Source: Chrysomallon squamiferum
Taxonomy: Eukaryota; Animalia; Mollusca
Assembly (NCBI GenBank): GCA_012295275.1
Contig: CM022667.1
Coordinates: forward strand, 5,456,001-5,520,000
DNA: 64,000 bases
Reading direction: 5' to 3'
Shown here: positions 13,878 through 26,267 of the stretch, piece after piece
How the letters are laid out: each line of letters opens with the position of its first letter
Position numbering within the stretch: the first letter of the stretch is position 1
The notes under the pieces: generated by a model
What the model saw: the letters and a program-made list of their open reading frames with translations, nothing else
The model's database searches: none
What the model was told of the DNA's origin: nothing
Made by a program: the position numbers and the translations under genes

Positions 13878-14581
13878 CATTATTACTGTTATTTCTAATA
13901 AGAACATTTGTTGCATACAGTGATACCATATCGAGATAAAGGCACTGTTTACTTTGAGATGAACTACAACAGTAAAGCAAGTTGTGTATTGCTTTCGTTA
14001 AGAAAACTAGGAACTCTATAGCTTTTAACCGAGCTGCATATTTTTTTATGATAAAGACATTCTATTAAAATCGACTGAATATCATGCGATGTTACTCTAT
14101 GCTGTTACCTACTGTGATCAGTATATGTCCATTGTATTTACTGAAAATGTAATAAGGAAAATCAAATATTCTTAAAACTATGCTGTTTTTGGTTCTGGCA
14201 TATTTAAGGTCTTTACACCTCTGAAATTATTGTCAGCTGACATCTGTTAGAATCGATGGATCATCTTTCATTTAGATTAGTTGAAAGCAGAAACACGGCC
14301 CACTAAAGTAGCACTCACATATAACTCATGTTTCACGATGTGACACAAATACATGCTTTCATGCAAAACAGAAATTAGAGAGCAAGTGTGTACTGCCATT
14401 AACTGAAGTTCTGTGTTTTGTCATCGGCTTTACAGTTTTTCAGTCTGAAATTTTACCGAAATGATTATTCACTCTAGGCTATTTTTCGTTTTATTTACCT
14501 ATGCAATCTCAGACCTATATCATCTGTGATAAATAAGGATTTACAGCGTTCAGTCAGGACAATAAAATGTTTAGAACTTAC

Positions 14582-14923
14582 CATTAAATGTCACTGCGAA
14601 TGTGTTGCTTTGTGTTCCATCAGCCTCCAGTGAACACCACCAAACAGTGATATCTTCGTTTTTAACTTCAGTTATATTCAAAGTGTAAGTCTTAGTCTGT
14701 GCCCCTGTGTTTTCCGTTCCACTTCCACAGCTTCCAACATAACGAGATGATGATGAAGTAAAGAAAGAGCAGTGCCCAGAAGACTGGCGTATTGTAACAA
14801 TAGCCCCTACTGATGTTTTCCTGTTAAACAATACAACATCATCAAGTCCAGCAGAATTATTTACTGTACAAGTCAGCGTGAGCGATGGACGTTTTGGTGA
14901 TCCAGTCATAACCAATGAATATC
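14582..14923 (-). CDS. Gene M1 Ig V-like exon, array copy 2
   Basis: Canonical AG/GTAAGT, 342 nt, open, phase 1-1. Confidence 0.92.
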
Positions 14924-15888
14924 CTAGCAGACAAAATTAAATGACATTAAAAGTAACCATGAAAAAACAAGATAAAAAAACAAATCAAATTAAATCAAAT
15001 TAAAAAAACTCAGTAGTTACAATGATTGTAAGAAAATAGATTTCTTACAACAATAATTTCTGCGTTTCAATTTCTACTATTATTACTATAATTATTATTA
15101 TTATTACTATTATTATCATTATTGTTATTATTACTATTATTATTATTGTTAATAGTGTTACTGTTACTGTTATTTCTAATAAGAACATTTGTTGCATTAC
15201 AGTGACACCATATCGAGATAAAGGCACCGTTTACTTTAATGTGAAGACAGGTGTCGCTGTTTGAACTAAACTACAACAGTAAGGAAGTTGTTCATTTTTT
15301 TTGTTAACAAAGCTAGCAACTAAAGAGCTTTTAACCGAGCTGCATATCTTTTTATGATAAAGACATTCTATTAAAATTAACTGAATATCATGACGATGTT
15401 ATTCTTTGCATTTCACTACTCTGACCAGTATATATCCATTGTTATAAGGAAAATCAGATATTTTTAAAACTATGCTGTTTTGGGCTCTGGCATATTTAAG
15501 GTTTTTACACTCCTAAAATGATTTTAAAGTGACATCTGTTAGAATCGATGGATCATCTTTCATTTGGATTAGTTGAAAGCAGAAACACGGCCCACTAAAG
15601 TAGCACTCACATATAACTCATGTTTCACGATGTGACACAAACACATGCTTTCATGCAAAACAGAAATTAGAGAGCAAGTGTGTGCTGCCATTAACTGAAG
15701 TTCTGTGTTTTGTCATCAGTTTACAGTTTTTCATTTCTGAATTTGACTGAAATGATTATTCCCTCTAGACTATATTAAAATATACATTTTTCGCTTTATT
15801 TACCTATGCCATCTCAGAACTATATCATTTGTGATAAATAACGAAGTTAACAGGGTTCAGTCAGTACAATAAAATATTTAGAACTTAC

Positions 15889-16230
15889 TATCAAATGTCA
15901 CTGTGAATGTGTTGCTTTGTTTTCCACCAGCCTGAAGTGAACACCACCAAACACTGATATCTTCGCTTTTAACTTCAGTTATATTCAAAGTGTAATTCTT
16001 AGTCTGTGACGCTGTGCTGTCTGTTCCACTTCCACAGCTTCCATCATAGCGAGATGACGATGAAGTAAACAAATAGCAGTGCCCAGTAAACTGGCGTATT
16101 GCAACAATAGCTCCTTCTGATGTGTTCCTGTTAAACCATACAACATCATCAAGTCCAGCAGAATTATTTACTGTACAAGTCAGAGTGAACGATGGACGTT
16201 TTGGTGATCCAGTCATAACCAGTGAATAAC
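15889..16230 (-). CDS. Gene M1 Ig V-like exon, array copy 1 (leader-proximal)
   Basis: Canonical AG/GTAAGT, 342 nt, open, phase 1-1. Confidence 0.92.
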
Positions 16231-16350
16231 CTAGCAGACCAAATTAAATGATATTAAAATGATAAGCATAAAAAAATACAGTGGTTATAAACAAATACAT
16301 TTCTTAGAACAGTAATTTATACATATTAATTGTTACTGTTATTATTATTA

Positions 16351-16435
<85 letters not shown>

Positions 16436-16852
16436 CATTTCTTATTTACTTACTTATTATTTTGTTTAATATTTTTTTCTTGAACATCATATAGACACTT
16501 AACTGAATATCCCGAACTAATATTAGAATATTTTTATACGTATATATTAACATAAAGTTATGGATATTTACAGTTTATTATTTATTGCAATTCATATGGT
16601 GAACCTTGTTGTTCAGTAAAAAAAAAAAAATAAAAAATAAATAAATAAAAATGAATCAACATTAAATCATAGAGATTTTTCAAAAAGAAAGCAGAAATGA
16701 ATATTATCTTAAATACTTCTGAATATATTCTTATCATTGTCGAACGGTGACTCACGCTATAAAACAACAGCTGACTTTAACCCGAAATGTCAAACTTGTA
16801 ATAGCTAAATATTGCAGAGATTGAAAATAGAGCAATGAAAAAGAAAACTAAC

Positions 16853-16922
16853 CTTGGCAGTTGACATTATGTAGGAGGCAGATCCAAAGAAACAAGTATT
16901 TCCACGCCATCGTCATCAGCAT
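16853..16922 (-). CDS. Gene M1 signal-peptide exon MLMTMAWKYLFLWICLLHNVNCQ
   Basis: ATG at 16922, 70 nt (23 codons+1), phase-1 donor CAAG|GTTAGT; basic residue, hydrophobic core and V-N-C cleavage pattern; nearly identical copy at 28520-28589. Not in the ORF track. Confidence 0.85.
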
Positions 16923-16953
16923 TGTGTACACCTGTTCTGTTTCTGTCCAGATA

Positions 16954-17043
16954 CGAACAAAACACGTGACTCTTGTTCGAGCGAGTGAGCTGACGTCAGC
17001 AGATTCTAAATACTGTACGACTTGTACTCAGACGTACTCAGAG
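16954..17043 (-). promoter_or_regulatory. Putative M1 proximal promoter/5' regulatory block (E-box + CRE)
   Basis: CACGTG 16963-16968 inside the dyad CGAACAA...TTGTTCG; GCTGACGTCAGC palindrome (CRE core 16991-16998); CAGACGTACTCAGAG 17029-17043; CpG-rich and conserved with 28621-28710. It could instead be 5' UTR if aaacAG at about 17054 is an acceptor. Confidence 0.55.
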
Positions 17044-18106
17044 TGGACGATTTCTGTTTTAGATGAAATTTGAAACTAATAACGATGTAAACGTACAGGT
17101 ATTTCAAGAAAATCATTCTGATCAAATTATGCTTTGAGCCTTACTAAAACCAGTTTAGGAAAATAGCAAGAGACATCAAACAACAGATCGAGTTGATGGA
17201 ACCAAAACGAGAATAAATATCGGATCCTGATGAGAGATATTTTTTTAATTTATTTCATGTTCGGTAGAAATAGAATAAAGTTAAATAAAATTAAGTAAAC
17301 AAACAGATAATAAATAAATTAATTAATTAATTAATTAATTAATTAATTAACAAACAAACAAACAAACAAATAAATAATTAAATAAGTGAGCTAATTTTCA
17401 AATATCTTTCAAAATTCAAAACCTTCTAAAAATTAGAATATTTTATTAAAAAAGGTAGTAATCTGCAAGCAATTGGTTTTGATTTTTAACTTAATGATGC
17501 AATGACTTTTTAAAAGACTTCAGAATTCTTCTGACCAAACAGATATATCCTAAAATAAAACAAAATAAAATAAATATTAATAAGAAGAATCAAAATAATA
17601 ATAAAAAGAAGAAATAGTTTTTAAAAAGTCCTGAATATTTAATTAACACACTTACTGAAAAGTTCAGGTTCCAACGATCTCTTGAACTACAATGTCATAG
17701 TATGAGTGTTGTTCAGTTAGTAAGAAATATTCGAAAACATCTAGTTCAAACTCGAAAGAACATCACAAATTTGTTCCACCATATAACTTCTAACTTGTAA
17801 CTTCTTTCTTTCTTTATTTATTTATTCACATTAAATTACACATTCTGTATACTTTAAAATATATTCGTATCATACAATTAGTACGACTAACATACCATTC
17901 TCAATGTGAACACTGGTGACAACAGAACAATACAAATCAGATTTCTCCATGTATGACACACCACAGCTTTCCAACACGGTGTCCTTTTCTTTCAACACCA
18001 TGGCGTTCTGCCAGCTCATAAAAGCGGTCAGTATATGTTTTTAGTTTGCTTTTATTTATTTTCATTTTTTTTTTTCTTTTAATGAGCGAAGCCTGTAGTT
18101 TCATAC

Positions 18107-18201
<95 letters not shown>

Positions 18202-18286
18202 GTTAAAATTACCGGTTGCTTTTATTTTTTCGCACAAGTCAGAAGGATTCCATCTTGAAAAAATAAAAATAAAGTACAACAATCTG

Positions 18287-18393
18287 TTATGAAATGAAAG
18301 TGTCTGGTGGGAAAGATGACATTGGAAAAATATTGTGGATAATGAGAAGAGCATTTGTTAATAAAACAACATAGGACATTGTATTGCAGATCT
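18287..18393 (-). CDS. Candidate terminal exon of gene M2 with a hydrophobic (GPI/TM-like) stretch
   Basis: tttttattcAG acceptor; phase-1 reading gives EICNTMSYVVLLTNALLIIHNIFPMSSFPPDTFIS*. No paralog in the window to confirm it. Confidence 0.35.
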
Positions 18394-19111
18394 CTGAATA
18401 AAAACATGTACATTTTATTTCACGAAATATTTTGTGTTTTCCTGTGACAACATCCAACACGCACCTTATTTTTATTTAAAATTTAAAATTTGTATCACAC
18501 AATTCAGCACGACAGAGAAACACAAAAGTTTACACGATACAATATGATGTAAGAGGATCAGTAACAAATTTGGTACAACGAAGTTAAATATTTTGAACAA
18601 TGTTTAAATTGTCATTTATCATTTCACAGTTATAAATCTGGTTATGAAGTTGAGCAAAGATAAGTATTTTAGAAATGTTTAAATTTTTATTTAAGTTTTT
18701 AATTTATCAAGTTCACCATATTTAAATATTTTAACATTCATACTGTATTGCATTTCTATTATTTGTTGAAATAAATTTTAACAGTTATCATTCATCCTAG
18801 CAGTATTATTTATGAAGCTGTATTTCTTAAATCAAGATGTTTCCAACAATTACAATAAAAAGTTAATTTATTGTTGCAAAACCCAGTCAGAATTTAGTTA
18901 TACTGATTTAAAATCATCCATTTTATTCTTCATTGCATAAGTGTCAGTCCATTTTGAAGTCTTTTCAAAGTTGTTGTTGTTGTTATGATTATTATTAGCT
19001 GATAAAATTTTACGGCTGATCTAAGCAGAGATGAAAGCAGAATAATAATACAATATTTATACTTTTTGCAAAGCAGGCTTCAGGTCAATGAATTCTGTAC
19101 TATCAGTTAAC

Positions 19112-19456
19112 CACGCAAATCCAAAGTGTATTTATTACTGACTGTTCCATCCCCTACAAGTGCACACCACCAATCAGTTGCATCTTCGTCACTGACCTCA
19201 TTTATCTTCAACGAGTATGTCTTTGTCCGCGTAGAGACCTCCTCTGTTCCTTGTTCACAAGTTACAATATAACCTGGTGGTGGAACGTGAAACACGGAAC
19301 ATCCTGTCCATAGACTCTGTGATAATATAGCCAAGGACACTCGTGTCTTTTCCTTGTTAAATGATATCAGATCATCAAGACCGGCTGCTTCTGTGACTGT
19401 ACAGGTGAGAGTGAAAGAACGTCCATTTCGTAAACCAGTCATAACCAGCGAATAGC
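19112..19456 (-). CDS. Gene M2 Ig V-like exon 4 (divergent)
   Basis: cctAG acceptor, weak donor G|GTTAAC; 345 nt; FTLTC...YSLKI...DATDWWC. Confidence 0.85.
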
Positions 19457-19785
19457 CTAGGAGTAATGGAATTTTTATATAGCTTTACTGGTATAATTAC
19501 AGAGTTTAAAAGTGTTACAGCTATTTAATATTTATTATCTGATACAGAACATAAAAAAAAAAACAACAACTAATCAACAGAAGAAATAATTTCAATTTTT
19601 TTTTGTGTTTGAATTCTATTCAACCTCGTTCTTTTTTTTTCTTTTTTTTTTTTTCTTTTTTCTGTTATATTGGACATCAGAGAACAAACTAGGTAACCCT
19701 CTAAATTTGTATAATATATTTAGATTATTTCTTTCTTATAGCAAACGCAGATGTTAAATGAAAATGTTTTGTAGTATGAACAAAC

Positions 19786-20130
19786 CTGTCATTTTCAAAT
19801 AGTAAGCGTTGCTGAATTTTTCTTCTCTTATCAGTCCACAATTCCAAACTGTTACATCTTCATCTTTAACTTCGTTTATCTTCAAAGTGTATTTCTTAAT
19901 CCGTGATGAGGTGTTCTCTGTTCCTTGTCCACAGGCTATGGTGTAACCTGGCGGTGGATGACTAAACAGTAAACAGCCTCTGGAAGGAGACTGCTCTAAT
20001 GAAGCAAAGGAAATATAGGTTGACTGCCTGTGAAATGATATAACATCATCAAGACCACCAGCATCTGTGACTGCACATGTGAGAGTGAAAGAAGGACGAC
20101 CTCGAGAGCCGGTCAGTACCAATGGAAAAC
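19786..20130 (-). CDS. Gene M2 Ig V-like exon 3 (divergent)
   Basis: tttttAG acceptor, ACAG|GTTTGT donor; 345 nt; FTLTC...YTLKI...DVTVWNC. Confidence 0.88.
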
Positions 20131-20664
20131 CTAAAAATAATACAGTTGTATGTAGTTTTATAATTAGGTTTGAAACCGTTTTTATAACCAACATTACAAA
20201 TGAATTCTGTGATATGAGCAACGAAAATTAAAATAGAAGTAAGATTTTAAATTTGGAGTATAAACAAAGCTGTCAGACATGATGTATTAACAATGCCGAA
20301 AGTCAGTTGAAAAATTCCTATATGAAATAATTTTAAAACAGTAAACTAACGCAAATACAAATAATAACAACAACAACATCAGTGACATAAATAGTAATAA
20401 TAATTATGACAGTAATGATAATAATAATAATAATAATAATAATGATAATAATAATAATAATATATACTCCTTTTTTTTTAGTATACGTTTGGCATACCTC
20501 TTTCAGATGAATCGTTTTAATATAATCAACTAAATTTAGTTTATTTGTAATTGAAACAGATTTGGAAAGAAACTGAACGGATTTCAAGATCAAAAGGAAA
20601 AGATTTGGTTACTGGCGCTCGTTCAATACAATCCACAGAAAATACACAATATGATGAAACTTAA

Positions 20665-20837
20665 CATGAATATCATTGTCTGCTTTTTCATAAACAACGA
20701 AAAGAAATAAGTATTAGTGAAGGAATATATAAACGATAAGAACAACATCAGTTAAGAAGATTAAAAAAATACATGAACAATAATATAAAATAATCGTAGA
20801 AAAAAAATGAAATGAACAATATATAAATACAAATACA

Positions 20838-20883
<46 letters not shown>

Positions 20884-21338
20884 TAACAATAACAATGACA
20901 ACAAAAACATAAACAACAACAATAATAATAATAGTAATAAAATAATAATTATAATAACAATTCTTCTTTCATTTTATTTTCTTTCTTTTTCTTTATTATT
21001 GTTATTATTATTATTATCTTTATTTTTTCGTAAAAAATGTAAAGTCTAATAACAACTAAAAATCAGTGGTATTTTTCGAAAAACTTACAATAACATTAGT
21101 ATCGATAAACAGAATGAAAAAAGTAAATGATCGAACGAGTCATGTTTATATCATTAAAGTGGACTGATTTTATTTACTTTCTCTTTGTCACACATACGGA
21201 CACTAATACAGAAGGATGTCTGGTGCAAATGACAAGACACTAGCTAGTAGGACTAATGAAAATACACTTTACATAAAATGTACATACAATTGTGAGTATG
21301 ATGAAACTTATCACCAGCAACATTTTCGGCTCGAAATA
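20665..21338 (-). pseudogene. Two decayed micro-exons (type A about 20665-20682; type B 21312-21338)
   Basis: Homologous to intact micro-exons and their flanks, but donors read TTAAGT and ATAAGT and acceptors are lost. Confidence 0.55.
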
Positions 21339-21778
21339 ATTACCGAGGAATAAAAAAAAATATAAAATTAATAAATCAATAAATAAACAAACAAACAAAC
21401 ATAAATAAATAAATAATGTAACACATAAAAAGAAATAAAATGTTAAATGAAAATGTTACCAAAGCATATTTCGATTAATATCTATATTTTAGAGTACAAA
21501 TCTAATGGTAACTGGTGAAACCCAATATGAGCACAGCAGTGGATTAATAATAATGATGATGATGATGATGATGATGATGATAAAGAATGATAATAATAAT
21601 ACCAGCAGATGATGCTGATAACAACAGTATTTTATCTACTTGCGCTTGTTACGTTCAGTTTATAGGAAATGTAGTATGACTAATGTACTAACAAACCGGA
21701 GTATGTTGAAACTTACACTTACACGAATATATACTTTATGTAAAACGTACTAACAATCGAGAATTTGATGAAACTTAC

Positions 21779-21805
21779 CACCAGCAACATTTTCGGCAGG
21801 ATATA
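21779..21805 (-). CDS. Gene M2 27-nt micro-exon, type B (xYPAENVAG)
   Basis: tttctttatcAG acceptor, GTAAGT donor, 27 nt. Confidence 0.75.
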
Positions 21806-21850
21806 CTGATAAAGAAATAAAAGGAAAAACTAAACAAACAAACAAACAAA

Positions 21851-21889
<39 letters not shown>

Positions 21890-22019
21890 AATGTTTATTA
21901 AAAAGGATACCAAAGAATATTTCCTTAAATATATCTTTATTTGAGTAATTGAAAGCTAACCATAATTGACGAAACCTACTATTAGTACAACACTGAATTA
22001 ATAATAATAATAACAATAA

Positions 22020-22094
<75 letters not shown>

Positions 22095-22208
22095 GATCTA
22101 TATAATAATGCCAACAGATTTCATTGGTAGCAGCAGTTTATCTACTTGCATTAGTTACGTTCGATTTGTAGGACTATTGAACCAAAAAGACCAAATATTG
22201 AAACTTAC

Positions 22209-22235
22209 CATAAATATCTCTGTCGTCTGATATTT
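22209..22235 (-). CDS. Gene M2 27-nt micro-exon, type A (xISDDRDIY)
   Basis: ttcttcatcAG acceptor, GTAAGT donor, 27 nt. Confidence 0.75.
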
Positions 22236-22753
22236 CTGATGAAGAATAGACAATAAAAAGAATGAACCAATAAATAAAGTTTATCAAATAATGAAATGGT
22301 AGAAAATGTACAGTAATACTAAAGAAAATAAGTAAAGTTAAACAAATAAATAATTAATATACGTATTTTTTATCATTAATTTTCATTTCTTATTTTCTAC
22401 ATATAATTTTTTTCTTACTTTTATTTTTATTTTATTTTATTTTTTGATTTACATTACATTTTTTCTTTAAAAAAATAAAATTTAATAACAACTAACATTC
22501 GATGGTATTTTTGAATAATTTACAATAAAATTAGTATCGATAAACAGCAACAAAAAATAATAATAATAATAAAAATAAAAAACAAATTAAAAACATGTGT
22601 CATTTACATATAATTAAAGCATCTAACTTGTACATATTTAGAAACTGATTCTAAAGGATCGCTGATGAAAACGGCAACACTTTAGCTACTGGCATTTATG
22701 AAAATACACTTTACATAAAATGTACTAGTAATAGTAAGTATGATGAAACTTAC

Positions 22754-22780
22754 CACCAGCAACATTTCCGGGTATAGATC
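22754..22780 (-). CDS. Gene M2 27-nt micro-exon, type B (xSIPGNVAG)
   Basis: ttctttttcAG acceptor, GTAAGT donor, 27 nt. Confidence 0.75.
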
Positions 22781-23812
22781 CTGAAAAAGAAGTAAAATAA
22801 ATAAATAAATAAATAAATAAATAAACAGCCCTTACGGCATCCGGTCATAGAAGCGAACAAGACACGTATATTGATTCTTATTGTGTAAGGGAGGACATGA
22901 AAAGAAGAAAATAATATTTGAAAAAGTTCAGTATCAGTGACAGTTTCTTTGCATTAATGCTTCAGAAGACAAAACAATAGTGATTTACATTTTTGCACTT
23001 TCTATTGTGTTTTCATACATACATGATATGGACAGTGTAATTATTTTCCTTCTTATCACTGGTGGTAATTAAAGAGGAATAATTTTATTCTTAATTATTT
23101 CTAATAAAGGCTTTTTTTGGTATACAGTGATACCATATCAAGATAAAGCCATTGTTTACTTGAATGTAAGTGTAAACTAAATTATAACAGTAAGTCACGT
23201 TGTTTATTTTTTTCTTAACAAAGCTAGTAACTAAACAGCTTTCACCCGAGCTGCATATCTCCTTATGATAAAGATATTATATTGAAATTAATTGAATATC
23301 ACTACAATGTTATTGTCTTTGCACTTGCCTACTCACATCAGGATTTGACCACTTAATTATGGAAAATGTTATAACACAAATACTTTTAAAACTTTAATTT
23401 TTGGTTCTGGCATATTTAAGGTTTTTTCACCACTAAAATGATTCTAAAGTGATATTTGCTGGAACTGACGGATCATCTTTCCTGTAGACTAGTTGAAAGC
23501 AGAAGCTCGACCCATTGAAGTAGCACTCACGTATGAATCATGTTTCATGATGTGACAGAAACACATGCTTTCATGCAAAACAGAAACTAGGGAGGAAGTG
23601 TCTGCTGCCATTAACTGAAGTTCTGTGTTTTGTCATCGGCTTTACAGTTTTTCATTTCGGAATTTGACTGAAATGATTATTCCCTCTAGACTATAATAAG
23701 AAAATATACATTTTTCGTTTTATTTACCTATTCAATCTCAGACCTATATGATTTGTGATAAATAACGAAGTTAACAGGGTTCAGTCAGGACAATAAAATG
23801 TTTAGAACTTAC

Positions 23813-24154
23813 TATAAAATTTCACTGTGAATTTGTTGCTTTGCGTTCCATCAGCCTGGAGTGAACACCACCAAACAGTGAGATCTTCGTTTTTAACTGC
23901 AGTTATCTTCAAAGTGTAAGTCTTAATCGATGTCGCTGTGTTTGTTGTTCCACTTCCACAGCTAGGAACATAACCAGATGGTGGAAAACTAAACAGAGAG
24001 CAGTCTGAAGCAGACTGGAGTATTGTGGTAATAGACGCGCTGGATGTTTTCCTGTTAAACATTACAAGATCATCAAGGTCAACAGCATTATTTACTGTAC
24101 AAGTCAGAGTGAACGATGGACGTTTTGGAGATCCAGTCATAACCAGTGAATAAT
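23813..24154 (-). CDS. Gene M2 Ig V-like exon 2
   Basis: Canonical AG/GTAAGT, 342 nt, open, phase 1-1. Confidence 0.92.
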
Positions 24155-24275
24155 CTAGGAGACAAAATTAAATGAAATTAAAAAGATTAGCATAAAAAAA
24201 TACAATGATTATAAACAAATACATTTCTTAGAACACTAATCTATACGTATTCATTCTTACTGTTATTAGTATTAC

Positions 24276-24320
<45 letters not shown>

Positions 24321-24763
24321 GATTATTATTATGAGTATTACTACTACTAGTTATTTATTTACTTATTATTTTGTTTAATGTTTTTTTTTTCAAATTCTTG
24401 ATCATCATATAGGCACTTAACTGAATATCCCGAACTAATATTAGAATATTTTTATACGTATATATTAACATAAAGTTATGGATATTTACAGTTTCTTATT
24501 TATTGCAATTCATATGGAGAGCCTTGTTCTTTTTAAAATTTTCAAAATAAATAAATAAAATGGAATCATCATTAAATCATAGAGATTTTTCAAAGAGAAA
24601 GAAGAAATGAATTTTATCTTTAATACTGCTGAATATATTCTTATATTTTCCAAATTGTATTCTTGTACAGAGCAAAAGTAGCTTGTGTGTAAAACTACAG
24701 CAAACGTAAATCATTCTAGTTTAATTTGAAAGCCCTGACATACATGCATATCTATCTAAATTT

Positions 24764-24864
<101 letters not shown>

Positions 24865-25925
24865 AAAAATAAAATAATAATAATCTGTTTGACACAAAAT
24901 TGGTTAGTTTCTTTTATCTTGATGTTACCACAATGTTCAAAATGTTCATGTTTTTCTTTTAATTGAATATTTGATTTTTTGTGGGGGATGCTTTATGAAT
25001 AATTTGTTGAAAAGAACATTAGATCTAAAAGCAATTCCACGGAAGGACTCCTGACTGGATTTTTCCCTAATATATTCTTAGTATACAAATATCATTGATA
25101 AATTAATTTCAGAGAACCCTTGCTCTTTTTTTAACAATCTGCACAGATGTATCAATATCAATGACTTTTACGAAATGAATTATAACATATTACTTTTTAG
25201 ATCTAATAAACGTTCCATTTAATATAACATCTATTTGGCTTCAAGAAGCCCATGTTCTATCGTTTGTTTGGCTTGTTAGATGGTATTTTCATAACCCTCT
25301 TAATCTGTTCAACGGTGAGTTGTTCGGAGCATTTATTTTGAGAAATTGTTTTACGATATCTGTTTATTCTTGAGCAGTTTGTTATTGTATCAGAGATAGG
25401 TTCATTAATTCATTAATCAACAACACCAGTTGTATGCAGATAATTTAAAAAAACAAACATATAACAACTATCATTTTGTCCTCTGAAAGAAAATCTCAAG
25501 AAGTGAGTGTAGTGTATATCCGATATTCGCAATAGTGACACGTGTACTTTCCATGTGTGACGTAGTCTAATAGAATTTATTCCCATAGTGTTTTACCCAT
25601 GTTCAACGTTGGTAAATATGTTAATAAACAAACAAACAAACAAACAATATGACTCATTTTTCATGATGTGACAGAAACACATGCTTTCATGCAAAACATA
25701 AAATTAGAGAGCAAGTGTGTGCTGCCATTAACTGAAGTTCTGTGTTTTGTCATCGGTTTACAGTTTTTCATTTCGGAATTTGACTGAAATGATTAATCCC
25801 TCTAGACTATAAAAAAATATACATTTTTCGTTTTATTTACCTATACAATCTCAGACCTATATCATTTGTGATAAATAACGAAGTTAACAGGGTTCAGTCA
25901 GGACAATAAAATGTTTAGAACTTAC

Positions 25926-26267
25926 TATAAAATTTCAGTAACAGTGAGTTGCTTTGTGTTCCATCAGCCATGAGTGAACACCACCAAAATGTGAGATCTT
26001 TCTTTTTAACTTCAGTTATCTTCAAAGTGTAAGTCTTAGTCTGTGACGCTGTGTTTGTTGTTCCACTTCCACAGCTAGGAACATAACCAGATGGTGGAAA
26101 ACTAAATGGGGAGCAGTCTGAAGCAGACTGAAGTATTGTGGTAATAGAAGCGCTGGATGTTTTCCTGTTAAACATTACAAGATCATCAAGCCCAACAGCA
26201 TTATTTACTGTACAAGTCAGAGTGAACGATGGATGTTTTGGAGATCCAGTCATAACCAGTGAATAAC
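25926..26267 (-). CDS. Gene M2 Ig V-like exon 1
   Basis: Canonical AG/GTAAGT, 342 nt, open, phase 1-1. Confidence 0.92.

Larger units (their letters stand above)
7890..16260 (-). repeat. Tandem array of 8 exon+intron units (period about 0.9-1.3 kb)
   Basis: Exon 3' ends at 8032, 9240, 10510, 11770, 12709, 13674, 14582 and 15889. Intron blocks such as catgctttcatgcaaaacagaaa...ctgccattaactgaagttctgtg recur between exons; short units carry internal deletions. Confidence 0.95.
16735..18105. repeat. Segmental duplicate of about 28420-30120 (5' region of M1 and M2)
   Basis: Colinear homology, near-identical over the leader and regulatory block, with a second conserved island at about 17920-18035 vs 29905-30025. 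Confidence 0.9.

Noticed and set aside
16861-17073. Duplicated 70-aa plus-strand ORF (also 28528-28740)
   Set aside because: Starts at TTG and is antisense to the signal-peptide exon and regulatory block, which explain its conservation.
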